Positions 27,422-35,403 of a stretch of DNA of 64,000 nt are shown here, one piece after another (the stretch's first letter is position 1; each line of letters begins with the position of its first letter). This DNA comes from Gammaproteobacteria bacterium 13_2_20CM_66_19 (lineage in GTDB: Bacteria > Pseudomonadota > Gammaproteobacteria > Steroidobacterales > Steroidobacteraceae), in contig MNCZ01000066.1 in assembly GCA_001914695.1 (NCBI GenBank), positions 10,544-74,543 on the forward strand, written 5' to 3'. Made by a program: the position numbers and the translations under genes. The notes beneath the pieces are model-generated. The model was given only the letters and a program-made list of their open reading frames with translations. It was not told where the DNA came from and searched no databases.

Positions 27422-28390
27422 TCAGTCGTAGCGTCGCACGGCCTCTTTGAGGAGATCGGAAACCCGCTTGCGCAGTGACGGCGGGGCGAGCACTTCGACG
27501 TCGGGCCCGAATTTCATGATCTCCATGACGAGCTCGCGATCGTCGGCGTAGGGGATCTCGAGCAGGTAACTGCCGTCCTTCTCCACGCGATGGCGCTCAT
27601 CCGGATGCCAGCGCTGCGCGCAGACCCAGCGGGCCGCGCGGGCCGTGAACTTGAGCGCCGCCCATTCGACTTTCCGGCCGGCGAAGATTCCATAGCCGCT
27701 GCCGAGGTACTGGTCGAGTTCGGTTTTCGGGATGTCCCTGGCCTTCCCGTCTTTCAGGATCGCGCTTTGAACCGCATCGACCGCGAAGCTCCGGAGGTCT
27801 TCCCGCAGATGGCAGTAGGCATCGAGGTACCAGTTGTCGCGATAGTGCACCAGGCGCTGCGGGGAGACCTCACGCTCGGTGACGCGATTCTCGTTACGGT
27901 TGTAGTGGCGGATCCAGAGTCGCGAGCGCTTTAAGAGTGCCGCCGCGATGACACTGAACCAGCCGGCGTCCGCTCCCCGGCGCTCGGGCTGAAAGATGCG
28001 GATGCGTTTCTGGATCTCCTGCCAGGAACGATCGCCGCGTCCGAGGATCCCGTGCAGTCGCTCCACGAGTGCTGGGACTTGCCCGTCCAGCAGGCCAGGT
28101 TGGAGATTGCTGAGGAGCTGCAGGGTCGTCAGCAGGGCGTAGATCTCGGTAGCATTGAACCAGAGACCTGGGAGTTCATACCGTGGCCCCGCCCGGGGCT
28201 TCCCGAAGCGATACCCGTTGCCCGCGCGAACATATTCGATCGGCGCGTTGAACCGGTCGCGCATGTAGACGAGATCGCGTTTGAGAGTTGCCCGGGAGAC
28301 CCCCAGCCACTCCTGGAGTCTCGCAAACGACACGACCTTGCTGTCCTTCAGCAGCTGGTCGATCTTGTAGAACCGTTCGGTTCTATCCAT
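27422..28390 (-). CDS. WYL-domain transcriptional regulator (wHTH-WYL-WCX architecture, BrxR/CapW-like)
   Basis: The N-terminal DeoR-like wHTH is RFYKIDQLLKDSKVVSFARLQEWLGVSRATLKRDLVYMRD. The central block VSPQRLVHYRDNWYLDAYC is the WYL signature. The start ATG 28390 overlaps the methyltransferase stop (ATGGATAG). Confidence 0.85.
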   Translation of the reverse strand: MDRTERFYKIDQLLKDSKVVSFARLQEWLGVSRATLKRDLVYMRDRFNAPIEYVRAGNGYRFGKPRAGPRYELPGLWFNATEIYALLTTLQLLSNLQPGLLDGQVPALVERLHGILGRGDRSWQEIQKRIRIFQPERRGADAGWFSVIAAALLKRSRLWIRHYNRNENRVTEREVSPQRLVHYRDNWYLDAYCHLREDLRSFAVDAVQSAILKDGKARDIPKTELDQYLGSGYGIFAGRKVEWAALKFTARAARWVCAQRWHPDERHRVEKDGSYLLEIPYADDRELVMEIMKFGPDVEVLAPPSLRKRVSDLLKEAVRRYD

Positions 28391-29318
28391 TGCGTTCGAT
28401 ACGCCGGGCCTCGTGATCGCCGCAGAGCCGGTCGACGAGCCGTTCTTCCGCCACTCTCGCGTACTCTCTATTAATCTCGAACCCAAGGTACTTTCTTCTC
28501 AGGTTCCTTGCCGCTACGAGAGTGCTCCCGCTGCCGCAGAAAGGGTCCAGCACAAGATGACCTTCGAGCGTCGCTAGCTCTATCAGCGCCTGCATGAGCT
28601 TGACCGGTTTCTGTGTCGGATGCAGCCCCGACTCGCCCGGCTCGAAGCCACACGCCAGCACGTTGTCCGGACTCCGTCCATAGCGAACAAACGCTTCCTC
28701 GTTGAAGGCTCCAACGCCGTGGGCGAGTACATTGTCTGCGATTGTCGTACCAATCTTGTATGGTTTTGCAAACCACAAGATCGGTTCAAATGTGGGGCGT
28801 AAGTTACCGACTCGCCAACCAGTCCAAGTCGCGGCGGCTTGTAGGGCGCCACGGCGCTCGTAGACGACGCTCAGGCGCTGAGCACGGTGCGGCGCTCGGT
28901 CGCGCATCCACGCGAGCATGTCCTTGTAGCTGAAACCAGCATCCTCAAGAGCGCTGATGCACCGGTGCATGTATCTCCGCCCTGCAAATAGAATCGCCGT
29001 GCCTCCGGGCTTTAATACGCGGAGCCACTCGGATGCCCACCGTGAACACCATTCATAGTACTGCCGTGGGATCGCTCGGTCGGCGTCCGACCAACCGTTG
29101 ATCGGCTTCCCTCTCTTCTTGAAGACCGCGCCAGCTTTCTGCTGCGCCGGACTACTTCCCAGAAACGCGCTATTGCTGTTGTCATGAAGGACATCCCACT
29201 CGTCGGCCCCGATGCCGTATGGTATGTCGCTCAGAATCATATGGACGAAGTCATCTGGCAGGGTTTTGATGCCCCGAATACTGTCGCCGACAACTATGCT
29301 GTTCTTTGGAGGTGTCAT
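28383..29318 (-). CDS. Beta-class N6A/N4C DNA methyltransferase (PF01555-like), no adjacent canonical restriction gene
   Basis: Motif IV ILSDIPYG is near the N-terminus and motif I VLDPFCGSGSTLVAA near the C-terminus, with HPTQKPVKLM between them. This is the circular permutation of beta-class MTases. Local GC is clearly lower (about 53-55%). Confidence 0.85.
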   Translation of the reverse strand: MTPPKNSIVVGDSIRGIKTLPDDFVHMILSDIPYGIGADEWDVLHDNSNSAFLGSSPAQQKAGAVFKKRGKPINGWSDADRAIPRQYYEWCSRWASEWLRVLKPGGTAILFAGRRYMHRCISALEDAGFSYKDMLAWMRDRAPHRAQRLSVVYERRGALQAAATWTGWRVGNLRPTFEPILWFAKPYKIGTTIADNVLAHGVGAFNEEAFVRYGRSPDNVLACGFEPGESGLHPTQKPVKLMQALIELATLEGHLVLDPFCGSGSTLVAARNLRRKYLGFEINREYARVAEERLVDRLCGDHEARRIERNG

Positions 29319-29411
29319 ATAGCCAACTTCTTCTTTGGCGGATGCAATGGACTCAATCGCCGTTCTCCGTCTGCGTCACCAATCAGCGGGACGGGACACC
29401 AGCGTGGCGCG

Positions 29412-31106
29412 CTACTTGATTGCCTCGCGCACGGAACTCTCGTCATCGAACATCAGCCATTCGATAACCGAGAGCGGCAGGGTTCCGTAGCTGATCAGCT
29501 CATCGTGAAATGCGCCGAGGCGGAAATTTGCTCCTTCCCGGTCCCGATAGCGCCCCAGCAGCCTCATGATCTGCCACTTGCCCGTGATGTACGAGATCTT
29601 CTGCGAGGGGCTGGACGCCGCGCCCGCCGCCTCGCCCTCGGCCGCTTCGCGGTCGAGGCCACCGGCTTCCATGAAGTACTTCACTGCCTGCTCGAAGCTC
29701 CATCGACCGGTGTGCAGGTTGACGTCGACTCCGATGCGCGCGGCACGATAACGGCTGAGCCTGAGGATCTGGCCCTGGGCTGGCGAGTTATCCGGATACA
29801 ACCCTTCGCGCATCAGCATCTCCTCTCCGTAGAGCGCCCAGCCTTCCGCGAAGACGCTGTCGCTCTGCATGCGCCGGATCTCGCTCGGTACGTGATTCGC
29901 GATCGATATCTGCAGGAAGTGCCCGGGAATGCCCTCGTGGCCCAGGATCGGACGCGGATCCTCGATGGCCGCGCGGATGTAGAAGTTGCCGCTCTTGGGG
30001 TTATACGTCGGGATGTAGTAGAAGCCGCCGGGATCCTGGTCGTAGACGCCCGGTGGATTCATGAAACCGCCGGGGCTCGTCGGCTTGAATGCTTCAGGAA
30101 GCTGGCGGATTTGAAAGGGCCCCATGTAGTCCGGGATCGTGACCAGACGATTGGCCCGCAAGAACTCGACGATCTCCTTGAGGCGCGACTCGTAAGCGGC
30201 GAGGAACTCGGCCTCGTCTTTCGGTATGTGCTTCGCCCGCGCCGGGTCGGGAGAGGCGAGGCTCGGATCCTTGAGCATCGCCTCGAGGGCGCGGTAGCGC
30301 GCGAGTTCGATCTCGCCGAGATGCGCCACGTCGTGGGCATCGAGCGGCAGCAGCAGGACGCGCTTGAGGAGATAGTTGTAGCTCGCCGCACCCATCGGTC
30401 GCCAGTCCGGCATCTTGGGAAGGCCGGTCTCGAGCCAATCGGCGAAGTCGTGTAACGCCTTGACCGCGCCGTCCCGCGCCTTGACCAAACGGGCGCCCTC
30501 GGCCCGCGAGAGACCGTCTGCCAGCGTCATCAGGCTCACGCCGTACAAGTCATCGCCGCCGCGGGCAGACTCGATCGCGAGCGACGCATAGAGCTTGACC
30601 GGCTCCGTCAGGTTCGTGCGCGCGACCTCGAGGAGCGCGGGCATCTGCTCGAGGCGGCTCATCGCCGCGAGCGCGAGTGTGCGACGCGGCGCATACTCTT
30701 TCTGCAACAGAGTGAAGATCGAATTCGAGCACTCGTCGACGTAGAGCTGCGGATTCGAGCCCTCGGGATTGAGCCTCCGGCCGAAGAAGTCCATCGAGGC
30801 CAGTTGCGATTCAAAGAGCACGCGATCGATGCGGTCGTCCTTGCTCCACCCGTCGGTTGCGAGTTCGCGGACTTGCGCGAGCAGGTCGCTGACGTGCTGG
30901 CGGCGCCGTACCACCTCGCTCATTCGGTAGTCGGTGAGGCGCGCGTGGAAGCGGTGATCTCCCAGACTGCTGGCCGCGACGGGATAGGCCTCGTCGTACC
31001 ACTCATAGGCACTGTGAGCCATCGTGCGAAGCTCCCCGGGAGCTGCAGCGAAAACCGACCAGGGAAAAAGAGCGATCGCGGCGAGCAGCGCGTAAGCGGT
31101 GCGCAT
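29412..31106 (-). CDS. Secreted DUF885-family protein (gluzincin-like metallopeptidase fold)
   Basis: Signal peptide (AYALLAAIALFPWSVFAA). Blocks YYIPTY, ILGHEGIPGHFLQ and EGWALYGEE are typical of DUF885. Confidence 0.75.
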   Translation of the reverse strand: MRTAYALLAAIALFPWSVFAAAPGELRTMAHSAYEWYDEAYPVAASSLGDHRFHARLTDYRMSEVVRRRQHVSDLLAQVRELATDGWSKDDRIDRVLFESQLASMDFFGRRLNPEGSNPQLYVDECSNSIFTLLQKEYAPRRTLALAAMSRLEQMPALLEVARTNLTEPVKLYASLAIESARGGDDLYGVSLMTLADGLSRAEGARLVKARDGAVKALHDFADWLETGLPKMPDWRPMGAASYNYLLKRVLLLPLDAHDVAHLGEIELARYRALEAMLKDPSLASPDPARAKHIPKDEAEFLAAYESRLKEIVEFLRANRLVTIPDYMGPFQIRQLPEAFKPTSPGGFMNPPGVYDQDPGGFYYIPTYNPKSGNFYIRAAIEDPRPILGHEGIPGHFLQISIANHVPSEIRRMQSDSVFAEGWALYGEEMLMREGLYPDNSPAQGQILRLSRYRAARIGVDVNLHTGRWSFEQAVKYFMEAGGLDREAAEGEAAGAASSPSQKISYITGKWQIMRLLGRYRDREGANFRLGAFHDELISYGTLPLSVIEWLMFDDESSVREAIK

Positions 31107-31292
31107 CTGTGCAGTCTCCTGTTTGGAATTTAAGGGCAGGTGCTGGCTGCAAGGAAACGCATTGTACGCGACAGCCTACTTTCGACTCTCTCGCGCTGCG
31201 GCAAAGCGAGCCGTCATCCTTTCTCGATGGACGCACGAGAAACTCGTGTGGATTTGCCGTGCGAACCAGATCTTGGGTCGCGCGCGCGTGAA

Positions 31293-31328
31293 TTGACAGG
31301 ACTGCCATATGCGCATAGGATGCGCATA
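31293..31328 (+). promoter_or_regulatory. Candidate ccdAB promoter with overlapping palindromic operators
   Basis: TTGACA (31293-31298), a 17-nt spacer, then TAGGAT (31316-31321). The perfect palindrome TATGCGCATA (31308-31317) and ATGCGCAT (31320-27) overlap the -10. Confidence 0.5.
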
Positions 31329-31344
31329 AGTGGAGACTGTCGAT

Positions 31345-31596
31345 ATGAAGCCCGCCTACGACCCCGCCGCGCGCAAACGCCCGGTTAATGTCACCCTAAA
31401 TGAGGATCTCGTCAGCCGGGTTCGCCGCTTGACAGACAATCTCTCGGCTGTCGTTGAGTCGCTTCTGGCCGGTTTCATTGTTGAGCAAGCGAAGCGGCGC
31501 GCAAGTGATGCACAGGCGGTGAAACAAACGCTCGCCACGTGGAAGCGCTTCGCGGAGGACCATGGGTCCTTCGCCGACGATCACTCGACGCTCTGA
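31345..31596 (+). CDS. ccdA: CcdA-family antitoxin
   Basis: KRPVNVTLNEDLVSRVRRLTDNLSAVVESLL...WKRFAEDHGSFADDHSTL follows the typical CcdA pattern. GGAG lies 9 nt before ATG 31345. The stop abuts the ccdB ATG (TGAATG). Confidence 0.8.
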   Translation: MKPAYDPAARKRPVNVTLNEDLVSRVRRLTDNLSAVVESLLAGFIVEQAKRRASDAQAVKQTLATWKRFAEDHGSFADDHSTL

Positions 31597-31914
31597 ATGG
31601 CCCAGTTCGATGTCTACCGCAACAGCGGTAAGCACCGGGACGTCATCCCCTTCGTGGTTGCCGTTCAGTCCTCGCTCTACGACGATTACGATCGCCGCGT
31701 GGTGGTTCCCCTGGTGAGAACTTCCGCACTCGGAACGCTCGCAAGCCCAAGGTTGAATCCGACGTTCAAGATTAAGAAAATCTCCGTGGTCTTGCATCCG
31801 CTTGAGATCGTGTCGGTGTCCGTCAGCGTCTTGGGTGAGCCCATCGCCTCGCTCAAGGCCGAAGCAGAGCGCGTGATCGGCTCCATTGATGACTTGCTGC
31901 TGCGGGTAGATTAG
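31597..31914 (+). CDS. ccdB: CcdB-family toxin (gyrase poison family)
   Basis: MAQFDVYRN...IPFVVAVQSSLYDDYDRRVVVPL...LNPTFKIKKISVVLHPLEIVSV matches the CcdB pattern. 105 aa. Confidence 0.8.
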   Translation: MAQFDVYRNSGKHRDVIPFVVAVQSSLYDDYDRRVVVPLVRTSALGTLASPRLNPTFKIKKISVVLHPLEIVSVSVSVLGEPIASLKAEAERVIGSIDDLLLRVD

Positions 31915-32008
31915 GCCGCAAGTCTGTGTGCCGGCAGACGCGGCTCCATCTCCCGATCGCAGACCTCATGTCGCGCCTGATGTCTATACGCTGCCACGTG
32001 CGCCCGCG

Positions 32009-32272
32009 GCCGGGTACTTCGTAGTCTTGTTATTCGTTGGACTGGCGACCGCCGAACTGTCCATTTTGCGTGTCGAGACTCGCGAGCAATTGGGAGGACA
32101 CGGGGTTCCCGTCAACAAGCTGCGGTCACGATTTCCAAGGACACAGCGCGCGGTAGGTTACGCCGCACCGCTCGCCGACATGACGCTGATGTTTGACAAC
32201 AGCAGGTCGCTCAAGAAGGCCTTTGCCTTAGCGCGCGCAGCGCCGAGATCGCGTTCTTTTCGACTGTCGTGA
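32009..32272 (+). pseudogene. C-terminal remnant of a zeta-toxin/AAA_33-like P-loop kinase
   Basis: GYFVVLLFVGLATAELSILRVETREQLGGHGVPVNKLRSRFPRTQRAV...LADMTLMFDNS matches only the C-terminal half of zeta-toxin-domain proteins. No Walker A region is present upstream. Confidence 0.4.
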
Positions 32273-32571
32273 CCCGCGATATTCCGTAGAGTCTGAGCTC
32301 CGAACAGTCGCGAAGAGATGGCTCGACAAAGTTACCGGACCGTTTCCTTAGCGCGCGGAGGTGGACCGCGTCCACCGCTAAGGGCCAGAGCGATTCCTCT
32401 GCCGAGAAATCTCGATAACAGCCTGGAACCTCTCTCAAAATCTCAAAATTGCCTGAGGAGGATGCAGATGGACGTGGCCCAAATCCCATCGAATCATAAA
32501 CTCGACTCGTAGAGACTCTGCGCCAGTTCTTACCCGCAGGAGCGAGTGATGGACCTAAGCTTTTGATTTCA

Positions 32572-32647
32572 TGGCGCTCCCTACGGGATTCGAACCCGTG
32601 TTACAGCCTTGAGAGGGCTATGTCCTGGGCCTCTAGACGAAGGGAGC
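32572..32647 (-). tRNA. tRNA-Glu (anticodon CUC), CCA encoded
   Basis: The reverse complement is GCTCCCT TC GTCT AGAGGCCCA GGAC A TAGCC CTCTCAA GGCTG TAAC ACGGG TTCGAAT CCCGT AGGGAGC G CCA. It folds by hand as a 76-nt cloverleaf with a 7-bp acceptor stem, the GTCTAGAGGCCCAGGAC D-arm typical of tRNA-Glu, and a TTCGAAT T-loop. Confidence 0.9.
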
Positions 32648-32698
32648 TTAGGCCGGGGGGCTCGGGCAAGAGCGCGGTATTATAGAGGCCCGTCCCGA

Positions 32699-34222
32699 TT
32701 GCTCAAGCCGAAAGCCGAGGTAGTGAACCCTCCCCACGCGTCCGTTGCGACGCCAGCCGCTACGCCCCGGATCATTCCGCGATCCGAGCACTCGATTTCC
32801 CGCTCCCACATCTCGCCGAACGCCCTGCGCGTGCTGTACCGGCTGCGGGAGGGTGGATTCCAGGCGTTTCTCGTGGGCGGATGCGTGCGCGACCTTCTGC
32901 TCGGGATGGAGCCGAAGGACTTCGACGTCGCAACCGATGCGCTCCCGGAGGAGGTGAAGCGCCTGTTCCGCAACTGCCGCCTGGTGGGCCGCAGATTCCG
33001 CCTGGCGCATGTCTTCTTCGGACGCGACATCATCGAGGTCGCGACGTTTCGCGCCACCAGCGCTCCCTCGCAGGGCGATGAGCCGCTGCCGGAGGCCGAC
33101 CCGGAAGATGGCGAGGCCGCGGAGCTCGACGATCCGGATCTCGAGGCCGAGCCGGTTCCGGCCCAGGCGCGGGCGCCTCTGGAGCGCCCGTCCCGCGGGC
33201 GCGGCGACGCGGAGCCCGGTGCCGCAACGGAGGTCACGTTCGATGCGAGCGGAAGAATCCTGCGAGACAACGTCTACGGCACGATTGACGAGGACGTCTG
33301 GCGGCGAGACTTCACCGTCAACGCGCTCTATTACAACATCGCCGACTTCTCGCTCTGGGACTATGTCGGCGGGGCCGAGGACATCAAGACCCGGACGCTC
33401 CGGCTGATCGGCGATCCGGAGACGCGCTTTCGCGAGGATCCGGTGCGGATGCTCCGCGCCGCGCGCTTCGAGGCGAAGCTCGGCTTTCAGATCGAGCCGG
33501 CCACGGCGAAACCCATCGGGGCGTTGCGTCAGCTCCTCGCCGGCGTGCCGCCGGCGCGCCTGTTCGATGAGACGCTGAAGCTGTTCCTCACCGGGCAGGG
33601 CGCGCGCAGCTTCGAGGTGCTGCGCAGCCGGGGACTCCTCGCGGCGATGCTGCCGACGGTGGATGCCTATTTCGGCAGCCACCCCGGAAGCCTCGTGGAG
33701 AAGCTGCTGCTGCAGGGCCTACGGAACACCGACGCCCGCGTCCTCGCCGACAAGCCGGTCACGCCGACCTTCCTGTTCGCACTCCTTTTATATGGACCCA
33801 TCGCGGGCATCATCGAGTCGGCGCCTCCCGAGCACTGGCATGAGCTCGCGACGATCCTCGAGGCGTGCGACCGGGCGACGCGCGAGGCGCAGGCGCGCCT
33901 TGCGATCCCGAGGCGCTTTGCGCTCGGCGTGCGCGAGATGTTCGCGCTGCAGCCGCGGCTCGAGCATCCCCGCGGGCGGCGTTCGCTCCGTCTGCTCGAG
34001 CAGGCGCGCTTTCGCGCCGGCTACGACCTGCTGCTGTTGCGCGCCGAGCATGGGCTCGCGCCGCCCGACGTCGCGCAATGGTGGACGCGTCTGCAGCAGG
34101 TTCCGCCCGAGGAGCGTGGCCGCATGGCGGATGCGCTCGCGGGCGAGGGCAGTCCGCCCCAGGCACCGCACCGGCGCGGCCGCCGGCGTCGCCGCCGGTC
34201 CCGGGCCTCGAGCCCGGCGTGA
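32699..34222 (+). CDS. pcnB: Poly(A) polymerase I
   Basis: NALRVLYRLREGGFQAFLVGGCVRDLLLGMEPKDFDVATDA...RLVGRRFRLAHV...RRDFTVNALYY are canonical PcnB blocks. There is no in-frame ATG upstream of the catalytic core. Start provisionally TTG 32699 (GTG 32723 is an alternative). The ORF-track start at 32609 overlaps the tRNA. Confidence 0.85.
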   Translation: MLKPKAEVVNPPHASVATPAATPRIIPRSEHSISRSHISPNALRVLYRLREGGFQAFLVGGCVRDLLLGMEPKDFDVATDALPEEVKRLFRNCRLVGRRFRLAHVFFGRDIIEVATFRATSAPSQGDEPLPEADPEDGEAAELDDPDLEAEPVPAQARAPLERPSRGRGDAEPGAATEVTFDASGRILRDNVYGTIDEDVWRRDFTVNALYYNIADFSLWDYVGGAEDIKTRTLRLIGDPETRFREDPVRMLRAARFEAKLGFQIEPATAKPIGALRQLLAGVPPARLFDETLKLFLTGQGARSFEVLRSRGLLAAMLPTVDAYFGSHPGSLVEKLLLQGLRNTDARVLADKPVTPTFLFALLLYGPIAGIIESAPPEHWHELATILEACDRATREAQARLAIPRRFALGVREMFALQPRLEHPRGRRSLRLLEQARFRAGYDLLLLRAEHGLAPPDVAQWWTRLQQVPPEERGRMADALAGEGSPPQAPHRRGRRRRRRSRASSPA

Positions 34223-34235
34223 GGGGCGCACGCCC

Positions 34236-34724
34236 ATGGAGATCTGGCACCCCGCCTATATCGGGATGGGCAGCAATCTCTCGGATCCGCGCGCCCAGGT
34301 TCTCGAGGCGCGCGCGCGGCTTACCGGGCTTCCGCTCACCCGCGTGGTGCTGACCTCGCCGCTCTACCGCTCGCGCCCCTTGGGTCCCGTCGCGCAGCCG
34401 GACTTCGTCAACGCAGTCGCGGGCGTGCTGACGCAGCTCGAGCCCGCGGCGCTGCTCGCCGCGCTCAAGGCTCTCGAAGTGGCGCTCGGACGCCCGCCGC
34501 GGCACGAGCGATGGGGACCGCGCACCATCGATCTCGATCTGCTCGCCCACGGGAGGGAGCGCCGCTCGGATGCGGCGCTGACCTTGCCGCATCCGGGGAT
34601 AGTGGCGCGCAACTTCGTTCTGTATCCTCTCGCGGACATCGCGCCGGATCTCGATCTGCCCGGGCTCGGCCGCGTGGCGGAGCTCAAGGGGCGCGTCACG
34701 CCCGAGGGCCTCAGCCTGTTGTAA
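34236..34724 (+). CDS. folK: 2-amino-4-hydroxy-6-hydroxymethyldihydropteridine diphosphokinase
   Basis: AYIGMGSNL...PLYRSRPLGP..QPDFVNAV...RWGPRTIDLDLL...LTLPHPG are typical HPPK blocks, in the conserved pcnB-folK position. Confidence 0.9.
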   Translation: MEIWHPAYIGMGSNLSDPRAQVLEARARLTGLPLTRVVLTSPLYRSRPLGPVAQPDFVNAVAGVLTQLEPAALLAALKALEVALGRPPRHERWGPRTIDLDLLAHGRERRSDAALTLPHPGIVARNFVLYPLADIAPDLDLPGLGRVAELKGRVTPEGLSLL

Positions 34725-34728
34725 GCGC

Positions 34729-35385
34729 ATGGCGAGCGAAACCACGCATCGGTTCATCGTCGTCGAGGGTCCGATCGGTGTCGGGAAGACAAGCCTCGCG
34801 CGACGCCTGTGCGTCAGCCTGTCCGCCGAGGCGGTGCTCGAGCAGGCGGCGCAGAACCCGTTTCTCGAGCGCTTCTACCGCAACCCGCGCGCCGGCGCCC
34901 TGCCGGCGCAGCTGTATTTCCTGCTGCAGCGCGCCCAGCAGCTCGCCGCGCTCAAGCAGGCGGACCTGTTCGCGCCGGTGCGCGTGGCGGACTACCTGCT
35001 CGAGAAGGACCGGCTGTTCGCACGAGTGACACTCGAGGACGCGGAGTTCGCCCTCTACGAGCAGCTCTACGCCAGGCTCGACATCCGCCCGCCGAAGCCG
35101 GATCTCGTCGTGTACCTGCAGGCCCCGGTCGACGTGCTGCTCGAGCGCATCGCCCGGCGCGGCGTCGAATTCGAGCAGTACATCGAGCGGCAGTACCTGG
35201 AGCGCCTCAACGAGGCTTACGCGCGCTTCTTTCACGAGTTCAAGGCGGCGCCGCTCCTCATCGTCAACGCCGCCTCGATCGACCCGATCGCCAACCAACG
35301 CGACTACGACGAGCTGCTCGCGGCCATCCGCCGCATGAGCCGCGGGCGCTTGTACTACAACCCGTTGCGCAGCCGCGCGATATAG
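34729..35385 (+). CDS. Deoxynucleoside kinase family protein
   Basis: P-loop FIVVEGPIGVGKTSLARRL, followed by dNK-like blocks (NPFLERFY, DYLLEKDRLFA, LVVYLQAPVDVLLERIARRG). Confidence 0.8.
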   Translation: MASETTHRFIVVEGPIGVGKTSLARRLCVSLSAEAVLEQAAQNPFLERFYRNPRAGALPAQLYFLLQRAQQLAALKQADLFAPVRVADYLLEKDRLFARVTLEDAEFALYEQLYARLDIRPPKPDLVVYLQAPVDVLLERIARRGVEFEQYIERQYLERLNEAYARFFHEFKAAPLLIVNAASIDPIANQRDYDELLAAIRRMSRGRLYYNPLRSRAI

Positions 35386-35403
35386 CTACACTCGCTCAGG
35401 CGC

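Noticed and set aside
32211-32489. 92-aa minus-strand ORF between the zeta remnant and the tRNA-Glu, considered as a toxin or integrase fragment
   Set aside because: No recognisable motif and no SD. It overlaps the end of the zeta-like remnant. It cannot be supported from sequence alone.
20907-32571. Direct repeat of the tRNA-Glu 3' end (att site) that would delimit an integrated element
   Set aside because: Visual scanning found only a weak resemblance (TGGCGCGCTAC at about 29396 against TGGCGCTCCCTAC in the tRNA). It is too short and imperfect to call, and it needs a computed alignment.
32609-32698. ORF-track start of pcnB at 32609
   Set aside because: It would overlap the tRNA-Glu gene on the opposite strand, and the encoded residues are non-conserved Arg/Gly filler. 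A downstream TTG/GTG start is more plausible.
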